Below the pieces are notes generated by a model that was not told the origin of the DNA, did no database searches, and saw only the letters and a list, made by a program, of their open reading frames with translations. The position numbers were made by a program, and so were the translations under genes. Positions 1-10,914 of a stretch of DNA of 64,000 nucleotides are shown piece after piece; position 1 is the first letter of the stretch; each line of letters starts with the position of its first letter. Source of the stretch: Methanomassiliicoccaceae archaeon (GTDB lineage Archaea; Thermoplasmatota; Thermoplasmata; Methanomassiliicoccales; Methanomassiliicoccaceae); assembly GCA_963728405.1 (NCBI GenBank), contig CAVSJV010000005.1, positions 192,001 through 256,000 on the forward strand. The letters run 5' to 3'.

Positions 1-776
1 TCGCCGAAGAACGCATCGGGCTTGGCCGACACCTGGTTGGTCACGGCGATGACCGCGTTGTGCAGGTCCCCGAACCTAAGCAGGTCGTGCATGTGCTTGT
101 TGAGGTTCTGTTGCCTTTCGGCCAGGGCACCTCGTCCGACGTACTCGGCTCTGAAGTGGGCCGTAAGTGAGTCGACGATCATCAGGCGGACGTTCAGTTC
201 ATGGGCCAGTTCCTGGGCCTTGTCCACCAGCAACATCTGGTGATGAGAATTGAACGCTCTCGCCACATGTATCTTCTTGAGGCATTCCTCTGGGTCGAGG
301 TCCAGGGCGGTGGCCATCTGGACAATCCTCTCCGGGCGGAACGTATTCTCGGTGTCGATGATGAACACATTGCCATTGAGCCCGCCCTCGCTCACAGGGC
401 GCCCGGCATTCACGGCCAGCTGGAAACACATCTGGGTCTTTCCGCTGCCAAACTCACCGAAGAACTCAGTGATGGCCTGCGTCTCCAGGCCTCCACCCAT
501 GAGCTCATCGAAAGCTTTGGAACAGGAGGTCAGCTTATGGATGTTCCTCCTTCTTTCAAGTATCAGATCTCCGGTCTCGAACCCACCGACGTCCGCAGCT
601 TGTTTGGCCGCAGCGATTATCTTCACTGCGGTGCTCTCCCCGATCTCCGCCACTTCGGCGAGAACCTTGGGAGATTCTACTGCTATCGCCATCAGGTCGA
701 TATAGCCGGCATCGCGCAGCTTCTCTGCAGTTGCGGGTCCTACTCCAGGCAACTCTTCTATGCTGTTTGCGGGCAT
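1..776 (-). CDS. radA: DNA repair and recombination protein RadA (N-terminal part; runs off the window edge)
   Basis: Manual minus-strand translation from ATG at 776: [25 protein letters not shown]... (HhH domain), then [22 protein letters not shown] (Walker A) and LMIVDSLT (Walker B). Absent from the ORF track because it is truncated. Confidence 0.96.
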   Translation of the reverse strand, partial: MPANSIEELPGVGPATAEKLRDAGYIDLMAIAVESPKVLAEVAEIGESTAVKIIAAAKQAADVGGFETGDLILERRRNIHKLTSCSKAFDELMGGGLETQAITEFFGEFGSGKTQMCFQLAVNAGRPVSEGGLNGNVFIIDTENTFRPERIVQMATALDLDPEECLKKIHVARAFNSHHQMLLVDKAQELAHELNVRLMIVDSLTAHFRAEYVGRGALAERQQNLNKHMHDLLRFGDLHNAVIAVTNQVSAKPDAFFG

Positions 777-1157
777 TTATGCACCTTCTTTTTCACGAAC
801 TTCATCTGAATATAAAAGGACCCCCTCGGATAGCTGAAAGTACCTGTTACAATTAGCAGGCCAGCACATAACAGGCGACTGAAAAGCGAGGCGCTCAGAA
901 GGTTCGTTAACATCCATGATATGTATACGGGTGGTTTCTTGATTCAGGGAGTGATTATATTGACACAATCGATGATCATTATTGGCATCCCCAGCAGGGT
1001 GGAGCAAGTATCCTCCTGAAAGCAAAACCATAACGCCCCTTATCTCTCCACTCTGCTCTTAATTCTTAACGCCAGAGGCAATAATGCGACTGGACGTTTC
1101 TTTAGGGGTTAGGGGTTCAGAAAAGGTTTATTATGCGATTGTGTTTAGGGAGACCCC

Positions 1158-1502
1158 ATGGCCCGAAAGAAGAGAAAGGAAGAGAAGGAGGAAGAGTACG
1201 AGTGGGTCCCTCCAGAGTTCGATGAGAAAGCCTTTCTCCTGAAGGACATCGTGGGTACGAAGGCCTTGATGATCACCGCGGTTATGGCCATCGTCTTCGG
1301 CATCATTGCTTTTGCAGTGGGCGCCGCGATCGCCAACGCCGTTGGGTTCATCGCATACGTTGCTGGTGCCCTGGTGGTCAATTATTCTTATCGATTCTTG
1401 AAGATCGACCGGGCAGATATCGAGAAGAAGACCATGATCGGCAACATCGTTCTATATTTCCTCCTGGCCCTGGGCATCTGGATCATCCTGATGAACATAT
1501 GA
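1158..1502 (+). CDS. Small hypothetical membrane protein (about 3 TM helices)
   Basis: 114-aa ORF with a charged N-terminus and three hydrophobic segments; TATA-like TTTATTA upstream. Confidence 0.75.
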   Translation: MARKKRKEEKEEEYEWVPPEFDEKAFLLKDIVGTKALMITAVMAIVFGIIAFAVGAAIANAVGFIAYVAGALVVNYSYRFLKIDRADIEKKTMIGNIVLYFLLALGIWIILMNI

Positions 1503-1519
1503 CCTATCGAGAAGATGGG

Positions 1520-2848
1520 TCAAAGCTCCCAGTTCATCCTTTTATCGAGGAGCGCAGAAAGGGCTTCTCTATTCCATTCATTTATTGCGTCGGGGCCGGC
1601 TTCGACCTTAAGTCCCTTGAGCGCTCTGAGGCCGCTGCCTAGCGCCGCGGTCGAGAACCTGGCCTGGACCAGGCCGGCGGCGGTGGGATGGTCGCGGGGG
1701 GCGATGACCACCCAATGGCCGTTGTCCAGGAACGGCCTGCTCACTCCCTCCTGGTTCCAACGCTCCAAGAATGAGGAGGCGTTCTCTATCCAGGCCGGTG
1801 GCCCTGCATGCCTCCGGACCGGGGAGAGCTTTAGCGATTCTAGCTCGACGACGAATCGCAACCTCTCGTCCACGTGATAGGCGCGGTCGACGATTTTGAA
1901 GTCCTGAGACTCCAACAGGGCGCACAATCCATCCAGGCTCCTTCTCACCTGAGGATATAGGTTGTCGTCAATCAGTTCCGGTCTTTCCATTGTGGCCACG
2001 ATGGTCCCGGTCCCCCGCACCCTTAATATCCCCTCTATCGAAAGCAGGTCCAATGGCTCCCTGGGGCAGGGGAGGAAGAACCGAGCTGAAGGATCATGGA
2101 GATATGAGCGCGCAGCATGGATGAACACAGCCAGGCTTTGGTGGGAGACTGCCGATGCTACGTTCCTGTTGTTGTCCACTGGGTCGTAGAAGACAAGTGG
2201 CTCGTTAAACTTTTTTACGCCCCGGTCGTCCAAGCCAAGGATCGTCCCCTTTCTCCACTTGGAGGCGGCCTCCAACACCTTCCGGAAGCTTCCATATCTC
2301 ATAGTGAGCAGTTCGATAAGATATCCGGAGATGCCCTGGGTCTTGGCTTCGGCCCCGTACACCCCCACTCCCTTGGCGAACTGTTTCAGCAGTCGGACCT
2401 GGTCCTTCTGCTCCTCTCGGAGGTTGGCCTTGACATACCGGGTGTGGAACGGAGTTCGATCTACTGCCGACATTAACCGTGTGGTGTCCTTGATGTGGTA
2501 ACAAGGCACCATGTCGACCTCCAGGCCTCCCCACCGACCGTGGATGTAGGGATGCTCGGCGTAACGTTCCTCTCCCTTTCCCAAAACGCGTCTTCCTAGC
2601 TCAAGGCCGATGGTCTCTAGGCGGGCTCGGGACACTCCTTCCGGGAAGAGCAGAAAAATGTCTATATCTGGCTCTCGGAGGAAAGTATCTTTGGCCACCG
2701 ACCCTACTAGGGTCACCTCCAGGCCGATCCCCTCCTTTTGAGCTTCCTCTTCCGTTCTGGTCAGTAGGGTCCTTACCTTCCTGCCGATATCTTCTCTTCT
2801 CTCCGAAGAGGGCAATATCTCGTCCAGGACCTCCTGTTCCAGAGTCAT
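1520..2848 (-). CDS. cca: Archaeal CCA-adding enzyme (tRNA nucleotidyltransferase)
   Basis: GSVAKDTFL..DIDIF nucleotidyltransferase motif, YAEHPY, AVDRTPFHT, DPVDNNRNVA. Confidence 0.95.
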   Translation of the reverse strand: MTLEQEVLDEILPSSERREDIGRKVRTLLTRTEEEAQKEGIGLEVTLVGSVAKDTFLREPDIDIFLLFPEGVSRARLETIGLELGRRVLGKGEERYAEHPYIHGRWGGLEVDMVPCYHIKDTTRLMSAVDRTPFHTRYVKANLREEQKDQVRLLKQFAKGVGVYGAEAKTQGISGYLIELLTMRYGSFRKVLEAASKWRKGTILGLDDRGVKKFNEPLVFYDPVDNNRNVASAVSHQSLAVFIHAARSYLHDPSARFFLPCPREPLDLLSIEGILRVRGTGTIVATMERPELIDDNLYPQVRRSLDGLCALLESQDFKIVDRAYHVDERLRFVVELESLKLSPVRRHAGPPAWIENASSFLERWNQEGVSRPFLDNGHWVVIAPRDHPTAAGLVQARFSTAALGSGLRALKGLKVEAGPDAINEWNREALSALLDKRMNWEL

Positions 2849-3249
2849 ATCGTGGTCATGAACATCCTTGACGAAAAGGTTTTGCTCGACTGGAACAATG
2901 GGAATCCATTCGCTTAGTGTCCAAGGTCGGCGTGGTGGGGATTCAGAAAAAGTTGCTTAGGAGGAAAGTTGAGCCGCCGACCTCGGACACCATGATGAAA
3001 CAATCATTGCCGGTTATTTGAAAAATCCTGATAAAAAAAGCGGTCAGATATGTAATAATGAATATTCAGGCGGGTTGGGAGTGTTTCGATATAAATCGGT
3101 GCAGACCGGAGGGTAAATTGGGGAAATAGGCGTCATCGATGACCGCTTCTGACATCCCGTTGGCCAATATTTTATCTTATGCGCCTGGTGGGAGGATCAT
3201 ACACTTTACACCTCCCGCAGAATCATCTGGACGGGTGATGGAAAATTAG

Positions 3250-3406
3250 ATTATCTTACCAGATAATGAGTAGAAAAATACATTTTCCCTAGTTGGTGTT
3301 AATTGTCTTACAAACGATGGTTAATTTCATATATGCCGGAATAAAGTCTCCAATTAGAGAGCGTCAAGAGATGCTCTTTGCCCTATTGGAGGATAGGGTT
3401 GAGGTG
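3250..3406 (+). promoter_or_regulatory. Putative mtaCB promoter/leader: inverted repeat, TATA-like element, two leader hairpins and SD
   Basis: ATTATCT-TACC-AGATAAT (3250-3267); AT-rich TTCATATAT near 3330; hairpins 3358-3377 and 3381-3398; GAGGTG at 3401-3406. Confidence 0.45.
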
Positions 3407-3411
3407 CGAGC

Positions 3412-4197
3412 ATGTTAGACCTAAAGAGTGTGAACTACGACCGGGTTCTCAGAAGGTACGATATCCAAATGGAATCGAAGGAGACCCCGGAGGATATTGC
3501 AGGAAGAATGGTTCCGAAGGACCCACTTCTTAAGAAGATCGCAGAAGACGTTGTGTTCATGCGTTATAAGAACGTGAACGACGACGTGACCGCGGCGCTT
3601 AAGAATTTCAGCCCGGAGGAAGTAATCGAGCAGGGCTTGATCAAGGGAATGGATGTTGTCGGTGAATTGTACGGGCGCGGTATCTACTACCTTCCGCACG
3701 TCATGGTAGCCGCTGACGCCATGGACCGTGGTGTAAAGCTTTGCGAGTCCAAGATGAAGGGCGCCCGTGAGACCAAGGGAAAGGTTGTTATGCACGTTGC
3801 CGAGGGAGACCCCCACGACATCGGCAAGAACATCGCAGCTGTTCTGCTCAAGTCCAACGGCTACAGTGTCGTTGACATGGGAAGAGACATCGCCGTCGCA
3901 GACGTTGTCGCTACCGTTGAGAAGGAAAAGCCCCAGCTGGTGACCGGCACTGCTCTGATGACCACCACCATGTCCGCGTTCCCCAAGGTCGCGGAGAGGC
4001 TGCAGGAGAGCGGAATAAACATCCCGTTCATCTGCGCTGGCGGTGCAGTTAACAGGGCCTATGTGGAGTCCTTCCCTATGGGTGTCTATGCGTCTAAGGC
4101 CATACAGGGCCCCGTTCTGGCCAATGCGGCCCTCGGGGGATCCGACTGGAGAAAGCTCAGGGAGAACTGGGACAAGCTGACCGCAGCTAAGGAGTAA
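3412..4197 (+). CDS. mtaC: Methanol corrinoid protein MtaC
   Basis: B12-binding motif EGDPHDIGKNI, GTALMTTT, GG motif; directly upstream of mtaB. Confidence 0.93.
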   Translation: MLDLKSVNYDRVLRRYDIQMESKETPEDIAGRMVPKDPLLKKIAEDVVFMRYKNVNDDVTAALKNFSPEEVIEQGLIKGMDVVGELYGRGIYYLPHVMVAADAMDRGVKLCESKMKGARETKGKVVMHVAEGDPHDIGKNIAAVLLKSNGYSVVDMGRDIAVADVVATVEKEKPQLVTGTALMTTTMSAFPKVAERLQESGINIPFICAGGAVNRAYVESFPMGVYASKAIQGPVLANAALGGSDWRKLRENWDKLTAAKE

Positions 4198-4209
4198 GAG
4201 GTGACACAA

Positions 4210-5613
4210 ATGGCAATCAAGAGGTACACCAAGATGGAATACGGTTCTCCGGACGAGATGGTCTTCGGTGAGGCAAAGTACCCAGTTTCCTATGGTCTCG
4301 GACAGACCGTAGGTGCGGGTATGGTCGTTCCTGAAATCAACTTCGCCCCCAGGCCTGGCGCTGAGAAGAACCCTGAGACCCTAAGAAGGGAGTATGTAGA
4401 CTACATCACCAAGGATATCCTTGACAGGGCCATCACCCTGGGATTCCCCGCGGTGCAGCTGGAGAATGAGCACATCTTCCAGATGGTCAATGACCCGGAG
4501 AAGTTCGAGAAGCCCGTCGTCGCCGGCCAGAAGGAACTGATGCAGAAGTACCACGATGAATATGGTATCGCCCTGTCCATCAGGCACACCATCGCTGACC
4601 CAAGGCTCGCTGAAGAGGGCCTCAGGCCCGGCATGGATAAGAAGCACAGCTACCCTGAGAAGACCATCGAGGCCTTCGAGGTCGCTGCAGCGAACGGCGC
4701 CGACCTGCTCTCTGTCGAGACCATGGGCGGCAAGGAAGTCGCTGACTACGCCATCCTACACCAGGATATCCGTGGCTGGCTGTTCGGTATCGGTTACCTG
4801 GGCAGCATGGACATGGAATGGATCTGGCCCCAGATCGTGGAGATCGCCAAGAAGAACAAGGTACGCGCTGGTGGCGACACCAACTGCGCCGGTGCCAACA
4901 CCTCGATGTTCATGGCCGGCGGCTACCTGGACAAGGATATCCCCAGGACGTTCTCTGCCGTCACCCGTGCCATCGCTTCCGCCAGGACCCTAGTGGCCTG
5001 GGAGTGCGGTGCCACTGGTCCGGACAAGGACTGCGGCTACGAGGGACCGATCGTGAAGTCCATCGCCGGTAAGCCCTGCGCTCAGGAAGGCAAGGGTGCC
5101 CAGTGCGCTCACGCCGACCTGATGGGTAACCTTATCGCTCAGGTGTGCGACCTATGGTCCAACGAGTCCGTTGAGTACCACCCAGAGTTCGGCGGATCGT
5201 CCGTCCAGTGCTGGCTTGGCAACATCGGCTACGAGTGCGCCCTGATGAACACGGCCAAGCAGCTCAAGCAGGACAAGCTGCTCCGTGATATATACATGGC
5301 AACCGACAGGTACCGCTGCCCTGAGGCCTTCATCCTGGCCTACGACAACGCGTACAAGATCGGCCAGGCCATTGTGGAGAACGGCAACGACATATACCTG
5401 AGGAGCAAGGCTGCCGGTATGACCGCAGCCAGGCTCATCGAGGAAGAGAACAAGTCGGGGAAGCTGAAGCTGTCCAAGCACGAGCAGGACATGCTCCGGA
5501 AGATGATAACCGATCTGGCTGCCCTGCCTGACGAGGCGTCCAAGTTTGAGGAACAGTGCCTCAAGGCGTACAAGGACGTCCCGATGTTCAACCCCAAGAA
5601 CTACGGGCTATAA
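4210..5613 (+). CDS. mtaB: Methanol:corrinoid methyltransferase MtaB
   Basis: MAIKRYTKMEY start after SD GAGGTGA; SVETMGGKE, GGDTNCA, GPDKDCGYEG, DLWSNESVEY are typical MtaB motifs. Confidence 0.95.
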   Translation: MAIKRYTKMEYGSPDEMVFGEAKYPVSYGLGQTVGAGMVVPEINFAPRPGAEKNPETLRREYVDYITKDILDRAITLGFPAVQLENEHIFQMVNDPEKFEKPVVAGQKELMQKYHDEYGIALSIRHTIADPRLAEEGLRPGMDKKHSYPEKTIEAFEVAAANGADLLSVETMGGKEVADYAILHQDIRGWLFGIGYLGSMDMEWIWPQIVEIAKKNKVRAGGDTNCAGANTSMFMAGGYLDKDIPRTFSAVTRAIASARTLVAWECGATGPDKDCGYEGPIVKSIAGKPCAQEGKGAQCAHADLMGNLIAQVCDLWSNESVEYHPEFGGSSVQCWLGNIGYECALMNTAKQLKQDKLLRDIYMATDRYRCPEAFILAYDNAYKIGQAIVENGNDIYLRSKAAGMTAARLIEEENKSGKLKLSKHEQDMLRKMITDLAALPDEASKFEEQCLKAYKDVPMFNPKNYGL

Positions 5614-5639
5614 GGTCGAATTGTCTGATTCCCTCCTAG

Positions 5640-5670
5640 CCAAACCCTTTCCTTTATCATTTTTTTATTG
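5640..5670 (+). terminator. U-rich archaeal terminator after mtaB
   Basis: Pyrimidine tract CCCTTTCCTTTATCATTTTTTTATT just after the stop codon. Confidence 0.45.
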
Positions 5671-5932
5671 TGAGCTACTGCTCTCGTTTGAATTAATTGC
5701 CGTCAACCGGTCAGATCCCTCGGCAAATGCGTGTGACCAGGCGCCGGTCGTTCGGGCTCCACCATGAGCGGGGACGCGGTCATCATGATTCCAGATCAAG
5801 TACGGCCGTGATTGGTTTGTGGTGTTTCAGTATATGATGGGTTAAAACGCATTCATGTTGAGCGTCGAAATCGTAAAGCACGTCTAAATGCGGGTTAGAA
5901 GAAAGGGAGAAAGAAAAGGTTTCTTTAACGGT

Positions 5933-7568
5933 TCAGGTCTTCACCAGGTTCTTGGTCAGCTCCTTGAACTTGAAGCACTTCTCAGGGCAGATGCGCTCGC
6001 ACCTCAGGCAGGCAGTACCGTTGCACAGGTCCGAGGCGACCTCCAACTCGAAGCCAGAGACTCCCCCCTGGTGAATTTTGATAGCATTCTCGGGGCAATC
6101 ATTAACACAGGATTCACAGCCGGTGCAACCCGTGAAGCTACCTTTGATGTAGATGCCGATGTCTTTGAGGACCTGCAGTCCCTTGAAACCGAGATCAGGA
6201 ATGTCCCTCAGAACGGTCCTGGTGACCTTGGGCGTCTTGGTGATGGCCGGCAATGGCTGTATGTCCGCCATTTCGAGCATCATATTGTAGGCTTCAATGG
6301 GCATCCCTTCGGTCCAGTAGGCGAGCTCTTGGATGAACACCTTCTCGAATACCTTGTCGGTGGCGAACATGACTGTGGTTTGCCCTTATTGAGTTTGCCA
6401 GGCTCTGGAGTTTATCCATGAGTTCAGGGTCCCTTACCAGATCAAGGGCCAGGGCCAGAGAAGTGTTACCGAACTGGTAGATCTGACCACAGGAAGGCGG
6501 TACAAGACCGACCCTCTGGGCCTTCACGGCGTCGACATAGGTGCCCGACGCCCCGCTCATGTACATGATGTCCAGCTCCTCGAATTTAAGGCCAGCATGC
6601 TCGAGCAGGGTGAAGTGGCCTGCCCTCATGGCCCCGAAGGTCTTTGCCGCCTCGACTACGTCGTGCTCCTCGAGGACGATGCCGTCCTGGAGGTGTAGCT
6701 TGTTATCGATCGTGTTGATGTGGGGCATCTTGACCATTCCGTTGACCAAGCCCTCTGCAATCGCCGCTATGACCCCCGTTCCGGTAATGCCCACGGCCTT
6801 CCCGTGCATAATGCCTTCCGTAAGGGGTGCGCCAGTGCTGGGATCAACAGTGTCCCCCTCCTGAGGGAGGATGCCGTCGTCAAGGACGGTGCACTTCCAA
6901 TCAAGTTCAGCGTTCACGTCGCTTATGGCGCCGGGCGAAGCAAGCATGCCTGCCTTGATCGACTGGCCTTCGATGGCTGGACCGGCTGCGGCCGATCCCG
7001 TGTAAATGTCATCTCCGACCTTGAGGGCCATTTCGGCGTTAGTGCCATAGTCGGTCACAAGGACGTTCTCTTTCCTCTCCAGGAGCCCGGTCTTGTACAT
7101 CATGGCCAGCGCATCCGCGCCTATCTCGTGGCGGATGGCTGGAGGGACATATAGCTGGGTCTTATCGGGGAGGTCAAGCCCCAGGTCCACCGCATTAAGC
7201 ACCGCTGCATCGCGCCTTTGTACTTCAACACCCCGGGTCTTAAGCGCGGTCGGCATCGCGAATGCGAGATCTCGAACCTCCATGTTCTGATATATGGAAA
7301 GCTGGATGGGGTTCCCGCAGATGGCCACCCTTTCAACCTTGCTCAGATCTATATCCAACATTTTCATGAGCTTGTTGGACGTATCGATCAGAAGCTTGTG
7401 CGCGAGGTCCTGGTCCACCTCTATGCAAAAAGTGAGATGGTCCATCACATTCGCTCCAGGCACAGGGTGCCTTACGGTGATGGCCGTCGAGATGATCTTC
7501 TTCGATTCTAAGTCCACTGCGTGTATTCTCGTCCCGCTAGTTCCCACGTCTATAGCTAATCCGTACAT
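5933..7568 (-). CDS. ramA: RamA/RamM-type ATP-dependent corrinoid reductive activase (ASKHA fold plus C-terminal 2x[4Fe-4S]); apparent frameshift near 6373
   Basis: [32 protein letters not shown]; downstream frame has [12 protein letters not shown] and [14 protein letters not shown]. Removing one base from AAC-CAC-A-GTC-ATG joins the two ORFs. Confidence 0.88.
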
Positions 7569-7578
7569 TCCACCCACC

Positions 7579-7986
7579 TCAATGCCCGTGTTCGTGCTCC
7601 TCGATCTCAAGGTCCAGGGGGCCCTTGAGGGCCCCCAGGCTTTCCTCCATTAGCTCTTCCAACTCTTCGTCGCTCAGACCTATCAGCGCTGCCATAAACT
7701 TCATCTCTCCTTCGTCCACCGAAGGCGAGGTGATGCGGTTCACAATATCCGTGCCCAGCTCCAGATCTATTAGGTTGACCTTCAGTGAGCCGTAGGGCGT
7801 GGAGATGAATGCCTTGATGTGCCCCAGCAGACTTCCACGTCTTTCCATGACCTTCTTCCCGACATCGATCAAGACATCCTCGATCATGGATACGAACTGT
7901 TCTGTTGGTATTTCTTTGTGACATTGGAAATTTAATTTCATGCCGAACGATCCAGCATCGGCCAGTTCCTTGGAATCCTCGCTCAT
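7579..7986 (-). CDS. Hypothetical protein coupled to the CobW-type GTPase (GHIKAF motif, His-rich C-terminus)
   Basis: 135-aa ORF overlapping the upstream stop; ends EHEHGH. Confidence 0.75.
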   Translation of the reverse strand: MSEDSKELADAGSFGMKLNFQCHKEIPTEQFVSMIEDVLIDVGKKVMERRGSLLGHIKAFISTPYGSLKVNLIDLELGTDIVNRITSPSVDEGEMKFMAALIGLSDEELEELMEESLGALKGPLDLEIEEHEHGH

Positions 7987-8582
7987 TTTCCACCCACCAG
8001 TATTTGGACCAGCTGATCCACTCCCGTCCCATCCTTGGCCGATATGTAGGCGATCTTGGACTGCGGGCTGATGTCCTGGATGATCCGGGTCACCCGCTCA
8101 CGCAGCTGGTCGTCCGCCAGATCGATCTTGTTCACTGCGACGATGTCCGCCCCGGCGATCTGCCGGCTCAGGAACAGATGGGTCTCATTGAACAGCTTCA
8201 CTGCCCGGAAGGCATCGATGAGACATATGGTGAACATCCGTTCCTCACCCACCATGGCGGTTCGGACGAACTGTTTAATCTTTGATGGCAGGGCAATGCC
8301 GGTCGGCTCAATGATGATGAAGTCCGGCTGATACTCCTTGGCCAGTTGTCGGAGTGTATTCTGAAGGCTGCCGGACAGGGAGCAGCAGATGCATCCTTCG
8401 GTGATCTCCACGCTCTTCAGGCCGAAGGAATCGATGACCGCTCCATCCACTCCCACTTCACCCACCTCATTAACAATGATGGCGACTTTCTTGCCAGCCT
8501 TACTGAGGTCCGTGCCTATTCTTACTAGCAAAGTAGTCTTTCCGCTACCTAAAAAGCCCGCAAGCTGGCAGATTATCATCAT
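7983..8582 (-). CDS. CobW/HypB/UreG (COG0523-like) P-loop GTPase, putative metallochaperone
   Basis: GFLGSGKTT, NEVGEVGVDG, GCICC, EPTG, NKID. Confidence 0.9.
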   Translation of the reverse strand: MMIICQLAGFLGSGKTTLLVRIGTDLSKAGKKVAIIVNEVGEVGVDGAVIDSFGLKSVEITEGCICCSLSGSLQNTLRQLAKEYQPDFIIIEPTGIALPSKIKQFVRTAMVGEERMFTICLIDAFRAVKLFNETHLFLSRQIAGADIVAVNKIDLADDQLRERVTRIIQDISPQSKIAYISAKDGTGVDQLVQILVGGK

Positions 8583-8677
8583 AATTTTTAGGGCCTGTTC
8601 CTCATATAATTGTTACCATCGAAAGTAGTCAACGATAGTTATTGATGGGAAATCCAATAGTTATGGAGATGGCTGCG

Positions 8678-9530
8678 TCACTTGTCGAGGTCCACCGGCC
8701 CCTTCGCCTCTTCGACAAGCTCCTGGCCCCTCGACCGGGTCGATCGAATGATCTTCCCGACCTGCACGGTCATAAGGTCCTCGGCCGGCAGGGTACGAGC
8801 ACCTGAGTGTTCCTCGATGTAAGAGGCCTGCGTCTTGATCCCCTCATGGACCAGGCGCATCCCGAAGTGGGTGAGAAGAACGACCTCCGGTCCGACCTCC
8901 TTGGCGAGGGTGGCGGCGTCCTCGGTGCACAGATGCTTCGGTACCCGAGAGCCCAGGGGCCTGGTCAAGTTCAGTATGAGCACGCGGCACCCTTTATGGG
9001 CCGTGGCCAGCTCAGGGGTCAGCTCGGAGTCTCCGACGTAGGAGATGTCTCCGGTGGAGGTGTGGAATCGGAAACCCACCCCTGTGGGATCGCTGTGCGA
9101 GGTCCAGGTGGCCTCGATTTGCATGCCCTTGATCTCGAACGATGTCCCCGCCTTGACTTTGAGGACCTTGGCAGTGATGGATTGGTGATAGGTCGACACC
9201 GCGGGGCTGAAGCCGTTGGCCCCCTCGATGGCGCTCTGGCTCCCGACCAGCACGCCGGCCTTTTTGAACCCGCCCTTGGTCATACCCTCGATGAGCATCT
9301 CCGCGTCAGCGTAGTGGTCCGGGTGACAATGGGAGATGAGGACCGCATCGGTCTTGGCCGGGTCCAGGGCCAGGCGACGCATGTTCATCAGCGCCGATGG
9401 CCCGGGATCCAGATGTATTCTGGTGCCGTCGTTGATGTAGATGCCTCCAGTTGCCCTGATCTGATAGATGGTGGCGAATCGGCCGCCCCCGGTTCCCAAG
9501 AATGTTATGCTGGTCGTGTCCCTGCCCCAT
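8678..9530 (-). CDS. MBL-fold metallo-hydrolase; N-terminus frameshifted in a G run near 9526
   Basis: SHCHPDH motif, ITFLGTGGGRF N-terminus, THFG; ATG at 9530 needs one G removed to be in frame. Confidence 0.85.
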
Positions 9531-9626
9531 TTAGATTAGCGACCCTAACGCCTTTCATCGATAACTAAGCTTTTCGTGGTCGAAGATAGGTTCATTAGAA
9601 CCAAAATCATTGTTCGGACGATATAG

Positions 9627-10914
9627 ATGCTCACGCTAATCAAGGATGCCAGGATCGTTACCCAGAATGCTGGACGCCAGGTGATCGATGGGGACATTAT
9701 GGTCGAGGATGGCATTATCAGACAGGTGGGGGGGCGGGTACGGGGCTCCGCTGATGTGGAGATTGACGCCTCTGGGGATGTCATCATCCCCGGTCTGATA
9801 AACACTCACACCCATGTCTCGATGTCCATCCTCAAGGGCATCGCCGACGACCTCCCGTTCCCCAAGTTCCTGGACAAGGTGTTCGCGGTGGATGCCAAGC
9901 GCACTGAGCGGGACATTGAGGCCGGCGCCATGCAGGGCTGCCTGGAGATGATCCGGTCGGGGACGACCACAGTTCCTCGATCTCTATTACTCCGAGGATA
10001 TCATTGCCCGGGCGGTGGAAGAGGCAGGCATCCGCGGGATATTGGGCTGGGCAGTGCTCGACCAGCAGTTCACTACCCAGAGCGGGGTCCCCCTCGAGAA
10101 TTGCAAGCGGTTCCACCAGCAGTTCAAGGGCCGGCCGCGTATCTACCCGGCAGTAGGGCTTCAGGGGGTCTACGTGTGCTCGACCGAGACCTTCCAGGGA
10201 GCGAAGGAGTATGCCCTGGAGAATGACCTATTGCTTACCTTCCACCTCTCGGAGACCCGGAAAGAGGTGTCCGACTGCAAGCGCAAGGAGGGCAAGCGGC
10301 CGGGCGACTACCTCGCTTCCATTGACTTTCTGAACGATCACTGCGTGGCCGCCCACTCCGCCTGGCTCACGATCAACGAGGTCCGCGAGATCGCTCGCCG
10401 CGGTACCAAGGTGGCCACCTGCCCGGTCTCCAACATGAAGCTGGCTACTGGTGGGGTCGCCCCGATACCGGAGATGCTGAGCAACGGCGTCACCGTCTCC
10501 ATCGGTACTGATGGCTCTACGACCAATAATGGCCTTGACATGTTCGGAGAGATGAAGATGCTGTCCCTCCTGCAGAAGGCCAGCCGCTGGGATCCCACAG
10601 TCCTCCCCGCCCAGAAGGTCCTGGACCTGGCTACCATCGAGGCGGCCAAGGCCGTGCGAATGGACCATATGATCGGTTCGGTGGAGGTGGGCAAGAAGGC
10701 CGACCTGGTCATCCTGGATGGTAGGGCCGCGAACCTGCGCCCGGCCCGGTTAGACACCGTTGTATCCAACATCGTATACTCATCCTATGGTCTGAACGTC
10801 AAGACCGTGCTATGCGATGGGAAGGCGGTCATGCTAGACCACAAGGTGACTACGGTGGACGAGGAGAATGCGTTACAAGAGGCAGAGGAAGCGGCCCAGG
10901 CCCTCCTTGGTTAG
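9627..10914 (+). CDS. Amidohydrolase (MTA/SAH deaminase-like); frameshift near 9971
   Basis: PGLINTHTH, HLSET, AHSAW, CPVSNMKLATG, GTDG; two overlapping ORFs 9627-10226 and 10015-10914. Confidence 0.88.

Noticed and set aside
3421-4209. Long antisense ORFs (for example 3421-4209, 8807-9568, 26853-27827, 42996-43877)
   Set aside because: Shadows of well-supported opposite-strand genes in GC-rich DNA; no motifs.
4210-5613. In-frame amber (pyrrolysine) codon in the methyltransferase
   Set aside because: MtaB is open throughout and is not a Pyl enzyme; no amber readthrough candidate found.
6360-6390. Programmed frameshift or split gene in ramA
   Set aside because: No slippery sequence; one extra base restores the frame, and similar indels occur throughout the window.
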